A stretch of DNA of 64,000 nt from Eledone cirrhosa (Eukaryota): contig OZ024747.1 in NCBI GenBank assembly GCA_964016885.1, positions 64,294,001 to 64,358,000 on the forward strand. The letters run 5' to 3'. Positions 44,179 through 58,045 of this stretch are shown in pieces. The notes beneath the pieces were generated by a model. That model saw only the letters and a program-made list of their open reading frames with translations, did no database searches and had not been told where the DNA came from. Within the stretch, counting starts at the first letter, position 1; each line of letters begins with the position of its first letter. The position numbers were made by a program, and so were the translations under genes.

Positions 44179-44223
<45 letters not shown>

Positions 44224-45499
44224 CAAACATACACACACAGCCTTATGTATAAATATAAATATATATATGTGTGTGTGTGTGAATGTGTGTGTGAGTATAT
44301 GTGTGTGTGTGTGCATACGTATATATTTATATATATATATATACATTTGACTACTTGAACAGAATATAAAGTATTAACCCACTGGTGTATTAAATAATTG
44401 TGCATGGTTGGAGATATTTCTGCTATATGCAGATACCATTTCTTTTGAAATATGTCTAAAACAAATATGAAATATTTGAAACATCTTCCTTTTCTTACCT
44501 AATCGGAAGGATATACAATTGATTACATTGGTATACTTTTCCCAGAATAATTTTTGACTTGGGAAAAAATGATGTGTTGCGCAATATATTTTAAAGAAAT
44601 GAATGTTTACATAAGGAGAGTGAATATTATTTATATAAGCATAAAAATCGAAGAAGTTTTTGATATGATCATAGACGTTAGTAGAAAATAGAATAATAGA
44701 TTTTGTTATAGAAGTCGAAGGAATGTGTGGCATGAAAGAAAACAGATGAGCAATGCAGCTGGTTGGTTATTCATAATATGTGAGTGTTCCAGGAATATAG
44801 TTTTTTTCCTTAAATTATATCTTAAGAATTCTGAAAGTATATGTAATGAAAACTACGCTCTACTATTCACACAAAATATCTTATATGTTGTATCATTCTG
44901 TGTTATTGAAATATATTATTAAGCAGAACGTAACTCTGCTATAAATGAATAAATATAAGCGAAATAAAATTTATACATTTCAATTAATTATATACATTTT
45001 CAACCGAAATTACAGCGACTACATAAATGTTTCATGTCTGAAAAATACAGTTTAAATAGAAGTAAGATATATATGTTCTACATATTCGTTTAGCTTACCC
45101 TATTTCGTTTCGTAAATTAGTTTTTAAATTAAATTTTTGAATATTTTGTATATATCAAATTGAATCAAATCTCAAGCCAATCTTAGATCGCCAAACTCCG
45201 TTAGATTTTTCTCTTTACTATAGCAACCACAAATTAGCGTGTACCACCTAAATGTGTTACCAAAATAAACATTTTAATTCACAGTTTTGTACACTAAATA
45301 TGACGGTAGTAAATAGTGCATTTCGCTAACTCAAGATTACTCCAGGAAAATAGTCTTTCTTCAATGTTGTTTTCAGCTCCTATATGCGGTGAAATCTAGC
45401 TCAAATAATACAAACATATATATACATATATACACATATATATATATTCATATACACATATATAAACATATATACGCATATATATATATATGCGATATT

Positions 45500-45685
45500 A
45501 GAGCAAACATCACGGGCGCTCTATCTCAAAATTATTTTTGAAAAGCATTAGAAATGCGCAACCGGTAAAACTTAAAACCAAAACTGAATACTAACCAATA
45601 CTATTACTAATTTTTACTTATTCCTAATTAAACTATTTTTCACTGGGAACAATTTGTCAGCATTTTCTTTTCCTTTTACCAATAT
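45500..45685 (+). mobile_element. PLE-like 3' terminus (family B)
   Basis: Reverse complement of 10432-10613, ending in (TA)n. Confidence 0.7.
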
Positions 45686-45792
45686 ATATATATATATATA
45701 AAAGCAGAAGGGATATTCAATTTGTGGGTAATTCAACAAATATAAATGTTTATAACTGATTCAGAGCACTCGACAGTTTTCTGGGGTATAAT

Positions 45793-46047
45793 ATACAATG
45801 ATATTAGATAAATCGAAATTATATTTATAAAACCATATTTATTCATTATATATATTTCAAGGGTACCAACATTTTGCTTGAAAAACTTGAACCGTTAAGG
45901 TATGTTCTCCTTGGTTATGTCAAAATTTATAAAAACACACTTCGTATTTTATCTGATGATAGCGTACCAAAATGTTGGTACCCTTGAAATATATATAATA
46001 GAATAAATATGGTTTTATAAATATACTTTCCATTTATTTAATATCAT

Positions 46048-46052
<5 letters not shown>
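45793..46052. mobile_element. PLE-like fold-back (arms of about 85 bp)
   Basis: acaatgatatta...tttcaagggtaccaacattttg / caaaatgttggtacccttgaaa...taatatcattgt. Confidence 0.8.
45948..46002 (+). ncRNA. Minimal hammerhead ribozyme, intact core
   Basis: tttat CTGATGA tagcgtaccaa-aatg-ttggtaccctt GAAA t-atat-a TA ataga. Confidence 0.75.
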
Positions 46053-46139
<87 letters not shown>

Positions 46140-46143
<4 letters not shown>

Positions 46144-46515
46144 TGGCGGAATCTAGCTCAGAGGCGAAGTCTAGCTCAAATAAAGTATATACATACGGCG
46201 AAAACTAACTCAAGTAACGTATATATAGACGGTGTAATTTAGCTCAGGTAACGTCTATATAGGTGGTGAAATCTAGCTCAAATAACATATATACGTTCGA
46301 CGGAATCTAGCTCAAGTAACGTATATATATGCTGTTAAATCTAGATCAAGTAACGTATATATATGCTGTTAAATCTAGATCAAGTAACGTATGAAATACA
46401 GTAACGGTGAAATACAGCTCAAATAGCATATCTATATATGCGGTGAAATTCCGCTCAAATAGCATATCTATATATGCGGTGAAATTCCGCTCAAATAACA
46501 CTCTAACGGCATAAC
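46140..46515. repeat. Array of about 30-bp tandem repeats bounded by a short TIR
   Basis: About 11 copies of ggtgaaatctagctcaa(g/a)taacgtatatat, with ends gttatggcg / cggcataac. Confidence 0.7.
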
Positions 46516-47127
46516 AAAATAAGGATACATTTTATCGTGTCGTAATTATGACATGAAGATGGGATGATTAGTGCTGTAAAATCTTAGATAATAGGTTTAT
46601 ACACTGAGGCCCGGCTAGGGCCTAAGCAACATCAACACCAACAACAGCAGCAAACAGAATATCTAAGGATATGTTTTCAGTAAACGAAATTCTGACATAT
46701 TGGAGGACGTAACACCTCAGATAATTCATGCACCTCAGGACATAACCATGTATAGATAGATAGAGATATTTCAATCAATTTCTTCTAGCTCATTAAATCA
46801 TTCTTGTGTCTGAAGATCACCTGACAATCCACAACTGTTGTAGTAGCAGATCTCTTTGTAAATGTTAACACAAACCACAAAATAAGCAGCCCGTTACAGC
46901 ATGAGATGACGTAAACAGTACGAATGAACCAAGCAGTAATTCTCTTTGTACACATTAAATATGGATGGCCACCTCCGAGACGATCGTGATCTGCTAGAAA
47001 TAGCAACTAAAAGCGTATCATATCATAATCTATGAGAGAGGAAAGACACGGAATAATTATAGTTCTAGATAAACTTTGATCTAAAGATAAGGACGAGTTG
47101 CAGTAACAGAGTTCCTCATAGTAACAA

Positions 47128-47139
47128 CTACTACTGCTG

Positions 47140-47234
<95 letters not shown>

Positions 47235-47426
47235 AATAATTGTTTCTACTTTAGGCACAAGGCCAGCAATTATACAGTACATTACTGGTACTTTATTTTA
47301 TCGACCCCGTAATGATGAAAGGCAAAGTTAACCTCGGCGGGATTTGAACTGAGACTGTAAAGGGACGTAACTATGCTAGAAAGCATGGCGTCCAACCCTC
47401 TACCGATACTGAGAATTCACCGCCCT

Positions 47427-47466
<40 letters not shown>

Positions 47467-47680
47467 GTAATGATGATGATTTCTAGTATAGGCACAAGGC
47501 CAGTAATTTTGAGGGGTGGGGTAAAGTCGACTAAATCGACCCCAGTTCGTTACTGGTGTTTTATTTTATCGACCCCGTAAGGATGAAAGGCAAAGTTAAC
47601 CTTGGCAGGATTTGAACTCAGACCGTAAAGGATAGTAACCCTATGCTGAAAAGCATGGTGTCCGACTCTCTACCGATACT
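47128..47680 (-). mobile_element. Two tandem Meta-like SINEs (47236-47425, 47478-47680) within (CTA)n/(TAA)n tracts
   Basis: Family motifs appear twice, with trinucleotide flanks. Confidence 0.85.
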
Positions 47681-48811
47681 ATAATAATAATAATAATAAT
47701 AATAATGATGATCATGATCATGATCATGATGACATAGAATAATTGAAATAGGAAGGCCAGACATTTTAGTTGTGAAGAAGAAGAAAAAAGAAACCCATAT
47801 TATCGATAATTTTATGCAAAGACATTGTAGAGTGAAGGATAAAGAGCATGAAAAGCTGGAGAAACATGAACCACATGCTAATTCATTGTTCGACACTATT
47901 AGTAACACTACGACCCATATAGCAATTGTTTAACATAATCACAGCAAAGAGTAGACACGGAACAAACTCTATTGACTAAACAGAATATGTTTACGTTTTT
48001 GAACGCCAGCTGGCTGAAAGACAAATCTAGCTTTGACAAGATTTAAACACAAAGAAACTTGAAACAGAGACCAAATATTTACAGCAGCTATTTCGATGTT
48101 TTTATCTCAATCCTTCATCAGAACCTCACCCGATCATCCACACTACCACCACTTCCACCACAACTAACAACACAACAGCACTCTCCTCTGCTATTCTGCT
48201 AGTAAAATACACTATACTGTCATAAATATTAATAACCTATTGAGATAGAATCAAACACACAGTTCGATTTATCCAAATACCAAAAGATTACACATACGTT
48301 TTAATAAAATTAAAATGATTAAAAGACAAACAGGATGGGAATGGATTGAGGCAGGAGTGACCTCTGCAATATTGGGCTGATAACATATCTTAGCTGCGCC
48401 TCACAGACAAGATGGCGATAGCGCTATCATGGATAACAGCCAGCTATAAAGTATTATAGCATTTCAAATATTTTGTAAATAGTACACTAATACAGTACAA
48501 CTAACCCTCTCTTATTTGCATATGTAATCGACAAATGTCTATTAATTGACCGCTATAAGCGTACATACGAATGAATGATATTTATAGTCAAATGTTATAT
48601 ATACCCTGTTTGTTTATGTGTGTGTTGGTGTGTAGGGTACTTTTGTTTTTATATCATTGCCTTAACTATAAATTCATGTTATTTACGTCAATTGAACAAT
48701 AAAACAAACTTGCTAGACTCTAAGATATACATCAGTGTCTCACCTCAGCATTGTGAAATCTATTTTAAGATAAGGATTTCGTACATTAGTATATAAAAAA
48801 GATCAACTCGT

Positions 48812-49012
48812 GGTGTGAGTAGGTTATGCCTGGAAAGAAGGTTGGCTGGTAAGAGAAGCAGAGGCGGGCAGCTAAAACGATGGCTTTACAAAGTCAACTT
48901 ATGGACCGGACTTGATCTTTGCTCTTTGAGCTCTGCTGCTGGTGATCGGACTTTGTGGAGAGAGATATCACATGTTAATACGCAGTCTGCAACTGGTGGA
49001 GTTTAACGTCAC
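48812..49012 (+). mobile_element. RTE LINE 3' end fragment
   Basis: LERRLAGKRSRGGQLKRWLYKVNLWTGLDL...AAGDRTLWR matches the RTE C-terminal motif GKRxRGRQ..RW...AxDRxxWR. Confidence 0.75.
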
Positions 49013-49579
49013 AAGAAGTCATTAGAAGAGTTCAGAGATATAACCTCTTGAATATAAACCAATAAGACATTGTTGGGTATATGTATGGACACGTAACACC
49101 TGATGGAGTCGTAGAGACACTGTAGTAACGTACATGGTGTCTTGTTCATTTAATAAAATCTAATGGAACACATCTTCTCACAATTTCAACACCACCGATT
49201 TCTTCTAGAAAAAGCGAAAGGGTGTTTGAGAGTGAGGAAGAATCGACCACAGTACTCCACTGGTTCCTTTAATCGACCTTGAAATTATACAAAGCAATAC
49301 TGTTTGTGGCCGGCTTTGAATTGATATAGCGGAAAGTCGGAAAGTATTCCGCAAGGCACCTTTACCGATATTCTAACGAATCTGCTAAATTCATCACCTG
49401 AACTGATAAGAGTTTCTTCCAATTTTGCTAAGTTGACCCAGTGAAGGGATCACCTCACTCAGTAGGTTACCCTTTTCGAATTATCAAGAGTTATCCTCTA
49501 AATTTCAATCTATGGTTCTTTAGTATATTACAGATGAGATAGATGGGGGATCCGTAGAATCGTTAGTACGTCAGATATA

Positions 49580-49762
49580 ATTTTCTAATTTTTGGCACAA
49601 TGCCAGCGATTACCCAGTGCATTACTGGTACTTTATTCTATCGACCCCGTAATGATGAAAGGCAAAGTCAACCTCAGCGGGATTTGAACTGAGATCGTTA
49701 AGGGACGTAACTATGCTGGAAATCATGGCATCCGACCCTCTACCGATACTGACGATCCACCG
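49580..49762 (-). mobile_element. Meta-like SINE nested in an older plus-strand SINE (about 49545-49875)
   Basis: The outer head gtagaatcgttagtacgtcagatata resumes as agatataatgctttgcg after the insert. Confidence 0.7.
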
Positions 49763-50431
49763 CAGATATAATGCTTTGCGTTATTCCTTCCGTTTCACTA
49801 AGTTCTAGATTCAAATATCGCCGAAGTCAACTATGTCTTTCTTCTTGTTTTAGGGGGATAAAAGAAAGTAACAATTTATTAAGGGTGTCGATTCTCCTTC
49901 TATATATCTTTCTAATTTCCTGTCCAACACTATATCTCGTTCTCTGAAAAAATCGGCTGTGTTCAAAACTGGAGAGATGGGCTCCACTAGGTTTAACAAA
50001 AGTGTCCAAGAAACTTCGTGGTTGGTTTATGATATATTTACTGTAAATTCTGATGTTGTTATTGCTATTATAGAATTCCATTCACGACAATTAACACTCG
50101 TGTGCTATGCTATTAATATCAAAACCTTCAACATATTTTAAGCAAGCACAAATGTACATTTCGCCAGATATCATAAATTAACTTCTGACATAGCTTGTAA
50201 TACATTCCATAATAACTTGCGTTATATACAACCACCAACGACGGTGGATTGGCAGTATCGTAGGAATGTCGGACAACATGCTGTGAAGAATATAGTTACA
50301 TCCCTTTAAATTCTGATTTCGAAAACCGCCGAGTTTTGCGAGAGATGTCAACAAGAATGGACCCATTATTTTAATCTAAAGACATTTTTTCCAATTCCAT
50401 GTCCTCTTGTCCTATTTTCTTTCTCATTCTT

Positions 50432-50466
50432 TCTTATGATGAAGGACTAGCGTCCGAAACGTTAAT
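50432..50466 (+). ncRNA. Degenerate minimal hammerhead
   Basis: ATGATGA aggac-tagc-gtcc GAAACGTTA. A sibling copy lies on the minus strand at 55865-55898. Confidence 0.5.
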
Positions 50467-50612
50467 ACCCTCTTTCTGCTATATCAAGCGTTAACCTAAT
50501 ATATACCTTCCATAAACTGTACCGATTTTGCTGTTATTTCTGTTTACCTTTTACGTACATACACACACATATATATATATCAGTAGTTCCACAACAGTTA
50601 ATTCACCATTTC

Positions 50613-50651
50613 CGAGAACGATTGTTTCACCTTATTTGGATCATCAGCTCG
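50613..50651 (-). ncRNA. Minimal hammerhead ribozyme inside the fold-back 50584-50702
   Basis: Minus strand reads cgag CTGATGA tcc-aaataa-ggt GAAAC aatc GTT ctcg. Confidence 0.75.
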
Positions 50652-50801
50652 TTTTAAACCGAGTTAATTCACCGAATTGGTGATTTAACTGTTGTGGAGC
50701 TAGTTCTACCGAACACGTCCCATGGATTGAGTACTCTACTAATTCAGATATAACCCACAAGTGTTCTACTTATATATATATATTTATATATATATATATA
50801 T

Positions 50802-50990
50802 ATATTTATTAAAATAACAGATTAAAGTTTAAGCAAATAGATTCCGTTAAGGGTGAAAGCAGCGATTCTTTGCTTAAACTTTAATCTGTTATTTTAATAA
50901 ATATTTGCTCTACGGTTCTTATATATTTGATATATATTTATCCTTATCGAGCCCTTTTTGGATGTTAGCCTTCAAATTTATTATTATTAC
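50802..50990 (+). mobile_element. PLE 3'-end remnant (family A) with inverted 5' piece
   Basis: Near-identical to 43803-43945, with a hairpin at 50802-50903. Confidence 0.8.
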
Positions 50991-53900
50991 TATATATATA
51001 TATATATATTTCGAAAGAGTGTTTATTGTAGATAAAAGAGGAACTGAAATGTAATGTGGCATGCGTTCAACTGTCTCAGGTAAATGGTGGATCTGTTAGT
51101 TCTGATATTGATAGAAACAAATGTTGGATGGCATTTTAAGTAATGTCGAATGTATTTTTGAAACAGAAATGTGTGTTAAATAATGTGTTTAAAAAAATCA
51201 TTCAATATTTTTAAGTAGGATCATACATAGTTTTACATAGTCATGTTTATTAAATAACTTTCACGTCACTTTATATGTGAAGTGCAGTTATTTGAAAATT
51301 TGACTGGTACAATTAGATACACGACACTTCAAATGCTTAAAGAAGGTTCAAGTGACTCTGCAAATTCACGACTGAAGTTTTATGGCCGCATAATAGATGA
51401 TATTTTATAAATAAAATTGATGTAAGATTCCAATGTACTTTACACATTCCATTACCTATCTATGACTGAAGAAAACAGATATTTTATATATTGGGAGTGG
51501 GTTGGATAAAAGAAAAATTCACAATTAAAAGCAATATTGAAACCATGCAAGTCTTTAGGAGCGTGTAATATGTTTTGGAGCTTCCCAAACAAATCTTAAT
51601 GTAATTCAGACAGGAATACATGATGTTAGAAGATTTAATGTACACCACCTCCTCGAGAAAAAAATTCAACCAGAAATATTCTTTCTCTGAGCATCGATGC
51701 AATTATCAAAGCTATATATTAAAATATGTAATGTGTTGGGCAACTAGAAAAACTCTCCTCGATGGGTATAATTTGTTATGCTGTATTTGAACAAGAATCT
51801 TGATTATTTCTGTCTCGGCTAGACTAAACTAAGTTTTGAATACAGAAGGGAAATGTAATGAAAATATGGAAATACCGTTGGCTCATATTGACAGGAAGGT
51901 ACCATATTTTCCAATTATCTTTATCGAAAGGAAATCAAAGATAGTTTGGAAGAGAAATTCTGGGGAGTTTATGCACACAACATCTTTTTTAAATGTTAAT
52001 AAAGATCGCTATAGGCGCTCAACGCTGATAATATATTAATCATTCGATACAAGATCGCTATGTATTACTTTGTAGAATTTACGATGCATAATGTAAAGAA
52101 CGGTACAACATATTCTTAAAGAAAAATCGTCACGATCATCAGACGTCAATGTCATCATCTTCATCAATATCATAACCATAATTATTGTAATAAATTAATA
52201 TTTACAATGTAAATTAACAATCACTATCATTTTGGATAACTGTGTGTGAAGGTATTATATATATTCAGAACGATAGGTGTATAATCATCTCGTCGGTTAT
52301 AAGAACTGGTAGATCAGTCGATCGGGGGGATCATATACAGCTGGTCTTTAAGGATATCAGTTGTAATAGTATACTATCGCTGTCTTATGAACGCTATATG
52401 AGAATTTATGGCCAATTTATTAAACATTCAGTCACTCTCCATAGTGTAAGTGTTCCTGAGTTTACAAGCTCTTATTCCACGCAGCTACAAAAGTATCTAT
52501 TCTGAGAAATATTGTACGTTGTACAATAAACTCTGTACGGAATATGACTGTACAAGCATGAAAAAGAGGCTTCTTAGCAATCACATAAACATTGTACTAT
52601 GCTTACTATAATTTGCTTGTAATGTTTGGTTTCGTGCTTCAGTAAAACATCTTTCGTTTTCGGCTGTTAATCTAAAATTTTACAGAAGGTAATTACGTTT
52701 ATTTGTATCCATTTCAAGGCAGCCAATTTCAAAACATGTTAGGGATGGGTAGAATGCTTTGCAATATTTACTTTGGCTCTGCGATCTAAGTTAACTTCAG
52801 ATCTAGGTCAACATTGCATATCATAATTTTGGAGTCGACGTATAAGTATCCTGTCCATCACTGGGTTTGATTTCTCACTCTCTTTCACTCTCTTCTCTCT
52901 TCCACTCGCTCTCCCCCTCTCTCTCGCCATAGAGAACACATCAATTATGATAAAACCTGAAGAGAGATGTACGCCACTCCGTTTTAAATGCCCAAGCCAT
53001 GCCGTACGTTAAGACGGCGCTACCATACGATTTCATTTAAAACAATGGCAGTGATATCCATGTTCTATATTCATATATATGTGTTGTGTAATCACAATAT
53101 ATATGATTTGTTTGGCATTTTGTTTTTCTCTTTTTAAACAAATTTTTGCCTGTTTAATATTTTCTTCCATCGTTTTTCCATCCAACAAATAGCTGTTACT
53201 TCACACACTATTTTATATAATTTGGCGTCGCCAAATGCATAAATTTGGTAATTGTATTTTGTTCGATGTGTATTAGATTTACTCTCTTATATTCATGTAC
53301 CTATCAGATAATATGAAAATAGTTTTTTAGTGGCAGATGACTCCACTGTGCCTACGTATTTATTTTGAGTCGATGTGTTTTCGAAATACTTTTTCCTGTT
53401 TTCCTAAAGAGCCTTCGTAATTCATTTTACATCTATTTAAGAATGTTTTAACTGTAAGCTATTAATGGAAGAGCTAATGTATTGACAGCAGCTGTGTTCT
53501 TTATTTTTGGTATCTAACTCAATTTTAAGTAATAGTCTAATAGATGTATAAGATATCTTCCTGTTTCTTTCATTTCAGAATGTTATACGCTGTCGCATTT
53601 ATTGAATCCTAACTATTTATAAATCTGTCTTAGCTTAATTCTCTTATCTCGGTGTCTTTATTTATAATTTTTTTTAAATGATGAAATGATAGAGATATTT
53701 AATGACCCAAAGACATGATTGTGAATACGACAGATTCAGACTTTGAGAACAACTCGAATGATAGACTTCTACTAAAAGCTATACGGATGTCTATAATCAG
53801 TTAACTTGCAACTACCTAAAGGGCGTGGGAGTTTTCTTGCCTGCTCCAACATTGTTAATGATCAAAAGCAACTTCATGTTTAAGGTTTCGAATAGGCAGA

Positions 53901-54094
53901 GTTACTAGAGCGTAGGACAAAATACCTAGTACTATTGATTCCAGTTCATAGCGCTGTGTGTTCCAAACCCATCGAAGTAAAGTTTACTTATTATTCTACC
54001 ATGGTTGCTCAGAGTAATTGATGGCGCGTTGGATAAGACGCATTGCGGTATTTCCATATCTTCGCGTTTTGTGTTCAAAGTTCACTCGTAGCGT

Positions 54095-54430
54095 ATTCTA
54101 TATATATAAAGTGGTATTTCCTGTTTGTTTGTTCATGAACTCCTCCTATGGTTTTGGAGGTAGACCCCCATAACCATATATATTCTGAAACTACATTGCC
54201 CAGGGCATTTGGATAAGTATATTTACCATGGGTAAATGACAAGATATGATGCCTATTCACAAGATTTCAGCACATTTCAATAATATTAAGATACCCTAAT
54301 GCGGTTTAAACCCTAATGGAGCACAAACCCCCGCTAACAATTTTTAATTTTTTCCCTTCGTTCTATATGAAATTTAAACCATAGGTAAGTGACAAGATAT
54401 GATGCCTATTCACAAAGTTTTGAATTGATA
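54095..54430 (-). mobile_element. Possible Helitron/Helentron-like non-autonomous fragment
   Basis: The minus-strand end reads caaacaaacagg...ctttatatatatagaat, and the block gacaagatatgatgcctattcaca is duplicated internally. Confidence 0.35.
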
Positions 54431-54509
54431 TTTTGAAAAAACTATTTCCAAGAAACAAAATAAGAATACGATTTAATAATGTAAATTTGATTTGATTATA
54501 CTACAGAAA

Positions 54510-54598
54510 ATAATTGTTTCTACTTTTAGCACAAGGCCAACAATTATCTAGTGCATTACTGGTACTTTATTTTATCGACCCCGTAAGGATGAAAGGCA
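54510..54598 (-). mobile_element. Meta-like SINE 3' fragment
   Basis: Family motifs present. Confidence 0.75.
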
Positions 54599-54756
54599 TT
54601 GCATTGCATTTTATATTGGGTAATATTGAAATGCAGAGTTTTTCTCCATACATTATATCATTGATTTAAAATCAATCATCATTTCCTTTAAAAAAAATGT
54701 GCGGCTAATTCGGTTAGTGTATATATATATATATATACCCTAACTAATCATATATA

Positions 54757-54930
54757 TAATTACAACAGTGACATAAACAGGTACTCGAGTTTAATTGGGT
54801 TCTGGGCCCACATTTCTTCAACCTGTCTCGAATACCTGCTTATGTCACTTTTGTAATTATTTATACTAAATTCATCCTATGGACTGGGTGCTCTTACTCT
54901 TGGATATTTCCACTTAACCTTTACTTCAGT
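54757..54930 (+). mobile_element. PLE-like remnant (family C) with fold-back and a degenerate minus-strand HHR (54777-54826)
   Basis: Arms tacaacagtgacataaacaggtactcgag / ctcgaatacctgcttatgtcacttttgta. The minus strand reads acagg TTGAAGA...cccaatt AAAC tcga GTA cctgt. Confidence 0.65.
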
Positions 54931-54935
54931 ATATA

Positions 54936-55045
54936 TATATCGCTGCCATGTCCTGCGTCTCCAACAGGACATGGCAGCGATAATGAGGGACAGAGACCGC
55001 TGGAGAGAACTCGTCCATGGATCTCGGGAATTTTACCCGCCTTAG

Positions 55046-55050
<5 letters not shown>
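54936..55050 (+). mobile_element. RTE-like 3' tail with inverted 5' piece
   Basis: Hairpin tatcgctgccatgtcctg/caggacatggcagcgata, peptide QQDMAAIMRDRDRWRELVHGSR, and a (TA)n tail. Confidence 0.6.
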
Positions 55051-55121
<71 letters not shown>

Positions 55122-56304
55122 GTATGTATGCATGCGTGTGTGTTTGTGTGTGTGTGTTCAAATTTCAATCGCACTGTGGTCTACTTTAATGTTATAAATT
55201 ACCCGTCACCCATATTAACACCAACATCATGTGTGTCTTTGTTTGCATTTAGCAGAATTCCTTCTAATGGATGCGTTTAAGTGAGTTCCAGGTGTTTTTG
55301 TTTTTTTTCAAATTTTCACCACTCCAGTTAGGAAAGCCGGGCTAACGGTCGCGTTCCCTGTTCTTTATTTTTACATGACTAAACAGTAGGAACATATAAT
55401 GTCCGAGCTGCAGCAGGTGATCAGTGCTGTAAAATACTCTATGTTAAACAGTATTATCTCTGTCGTAATCTCACTGCTATTTTCCTTACGTAAACTTTAT
55501 ATTTTATTGCTTATTGTATGTTATAATATTTATGCTTCAGCAATATGTTTGTGCTCTTAGAAGTGTTTAGCATATCTCTATATAGCATGCAACGTACTTC
55601 ATTCTTATTGAGATTTTCCGTAACTTTGTATTCCCCATCGCAACACATTGTCCATGACAGTGTGCCAGTGTTCTAGGCAATATTACTTCTTAGATTGCCT
55701 GTTGACACGCTCAACCATTCCATGTGTGTGTGTGTGTGTATGTGTATGTGTGTGTGTGTGTGTTTCTGTGTGTCTGTGTCTGTGTAAAAACAGAAATACC
55801 AAAACGAATAGCACAGTACATGAAAGAAATATATTAGTTTAATGCTTGAAATAGCAGGACGATCATCTTAACGTTTCGGACCATTAGTCCTTCCTCATCT
55901 GATCATATATATATATATATATAGATCATATACATGTTTCAATACACATACGTCGTTATGTATACACACATCTCGGTATATAGAAGCCTCTCAAGCCCCA
56001 CACGTCAGTCTGTGCGCATGCGTAAATCTAAACCTATCTCAACGGAAGTTTTTACGAAATAAAAATCAATAACCAGGAAAGACAATCTCCTATTTCTGCA
56101 AGGTCCCCACCCCCACCCATACAGATCCCCCCTTTGTAATGGAAGGCAAATCCAATAGAGTTTGGGATCTAATATATTACTAAAGTTTTTCCCACTTTTC
56201 GACTTCTCCCTCGTAACTCTGAATTCCGTTACGACTTGTTGCGTTGGTAATTCTAACCCACATGTATTGGATGGTTTCCTTCCTAAACACGCCGAATTAT
56301 CACC

Positions 56305-56305
<1 letters not shown>

Positions 56306-56338
<33 letters not shown>

Positions 56339-56413
56339 CTGAATATGTATGTATATATATATATGTGTGTGTGTGTGTCTCAATATGTAGGTATATATAT
56401 GTGAATATGTATG

Positions 56414-56465
<52 letters not shown>

Positions 56466-56517
56466 CATGTGAATATGTATGTATATATATATATATATAT
56501 ATACATATGTGAATATG

Positions 56518-56578
<61 letters not shown>

Positions 56579-56797
56579 ATATGTATACATATGTGTGTAT
56601 ATATATATATGTATATATACATATGTATGTATATATATATATATATACATATGTATGTTAATATATATATATATATGTGAATATGTGTATATATATATAT
56701 GTGTGTGAATAAGTGAATATGTATATATATATGTGAATATGTATGTATATATGTACATATATATATACATACATATGTGAAAATATATATATATATA

Positions 56798-56840
<43 letters not shown>

Positions 56841-56995
56841 TAGTATATATATATATATACATACACATATATAGTATATATATATATATATACATACACA
56901 TATATAGTATATATATATATATATATATACATACACATATATAGTATATATATATATACATACACATATATAGTATATATATATATATATATACA

Positions 56996-57049
<54 letters not shown>

Positions 57050-57106
57050 TACATATATATATATACATATTATATATATATATATATACATATTATATAT
57101 ATGTGA

Positions 57107-57145
<39 letters not shown>
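56306..57145. repeat. Compound (TA)n array with higher-order units (gtgaatatgtatg; tacacatatatag)
   Basis: Read directly. Confidence 0.9.
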
Positions 57146-57146
<1 letters not shown>

Positions 57147-57997
57147 CACACACATATTTATTTATTCGATTGGAGAAATCGAACACCCAATTTTTGTGTT
57201 TATTTATTACAGTAATGCCTTCATTGGAAAATTGCAAAACATTCTCCGTCTTTTCACAGCTGAAAACGAAAGAAAATATGGGAGGAATTTTCAGTGAGTG
57301 ATTTCTCAAATATAGTATTATGTATTTTGTAGGTACAAAAAAAAAGTGAGAAAAATATTAATAACTCTTTATTTCGATAATAGAAATTTATTAATCTTGA
57401 ATCCGAAAAAACATAAAATAAAATAATAAAATCAAATCATCCATATCCTTTATAATCAGAAAACATAAAAATGTTATTGGGATAAATATTTCACATACAT
57501 TTCACATACAATTCACACCAAATCACACGCACCATATGCATAGACGCACACACACACACACAGAGAGAGACACACACTCGGACTCACATGTATGAAACTT
57601 AAATATCTTGTAAAAAAAGAGATATGAGAATTCCTGATATGACTGTGTAGTAAAATAATTCTTATCAAAATCAAGGCTGCGTCTTAAACAGGGGAATTAA
57701 ACGTCACAAAATTCTCTACTGGCCTGGATCTTATCTCGTTTCTTTCACTCTAAAACATAAATCAATTTAAATAAAGCCATAACACTAATGATTATAAAAA
57801 CCATACAACTGATACACTCATACATAAAAATACAACTAATAATAATGAGGTTAACCACAAGAACAAGAGGGGTGTTGGAATTAAGAAGAGGAGCAGGAGA
57901 AAAATGTAGTACAAGAAGGAGGAGGTGGAGGGGGAGGAAGATAGGTGGCGAGAAGAAGGACTCAAGTGAAGAAAAAGAAAATTCAGAAAAAGAAGGA

Positions 57998-58045
57998 CAA
58001 GAAGAAGAAGAAGAAGAAGAAGAAGAAGAAGAAGAAGAAGAAGAA
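57998..58045. repeat. (GAA)n microsatellite
   Basis: Read directly. Confidence 0.95.

Noticed and set aside
46140-46515. CRISPR-like repeat/spacer appearance
   Set aside because: The 'spacers' are short, related AT tracts, the repeats are degenerate, the context is eukaryotic, and there are no cas genes.
49095-49140. acac-CTGATGG...ggtgt hammerhead-like trace
   Set aside because: A9 and the GAAA half are missing, so it is too degenerate to call.
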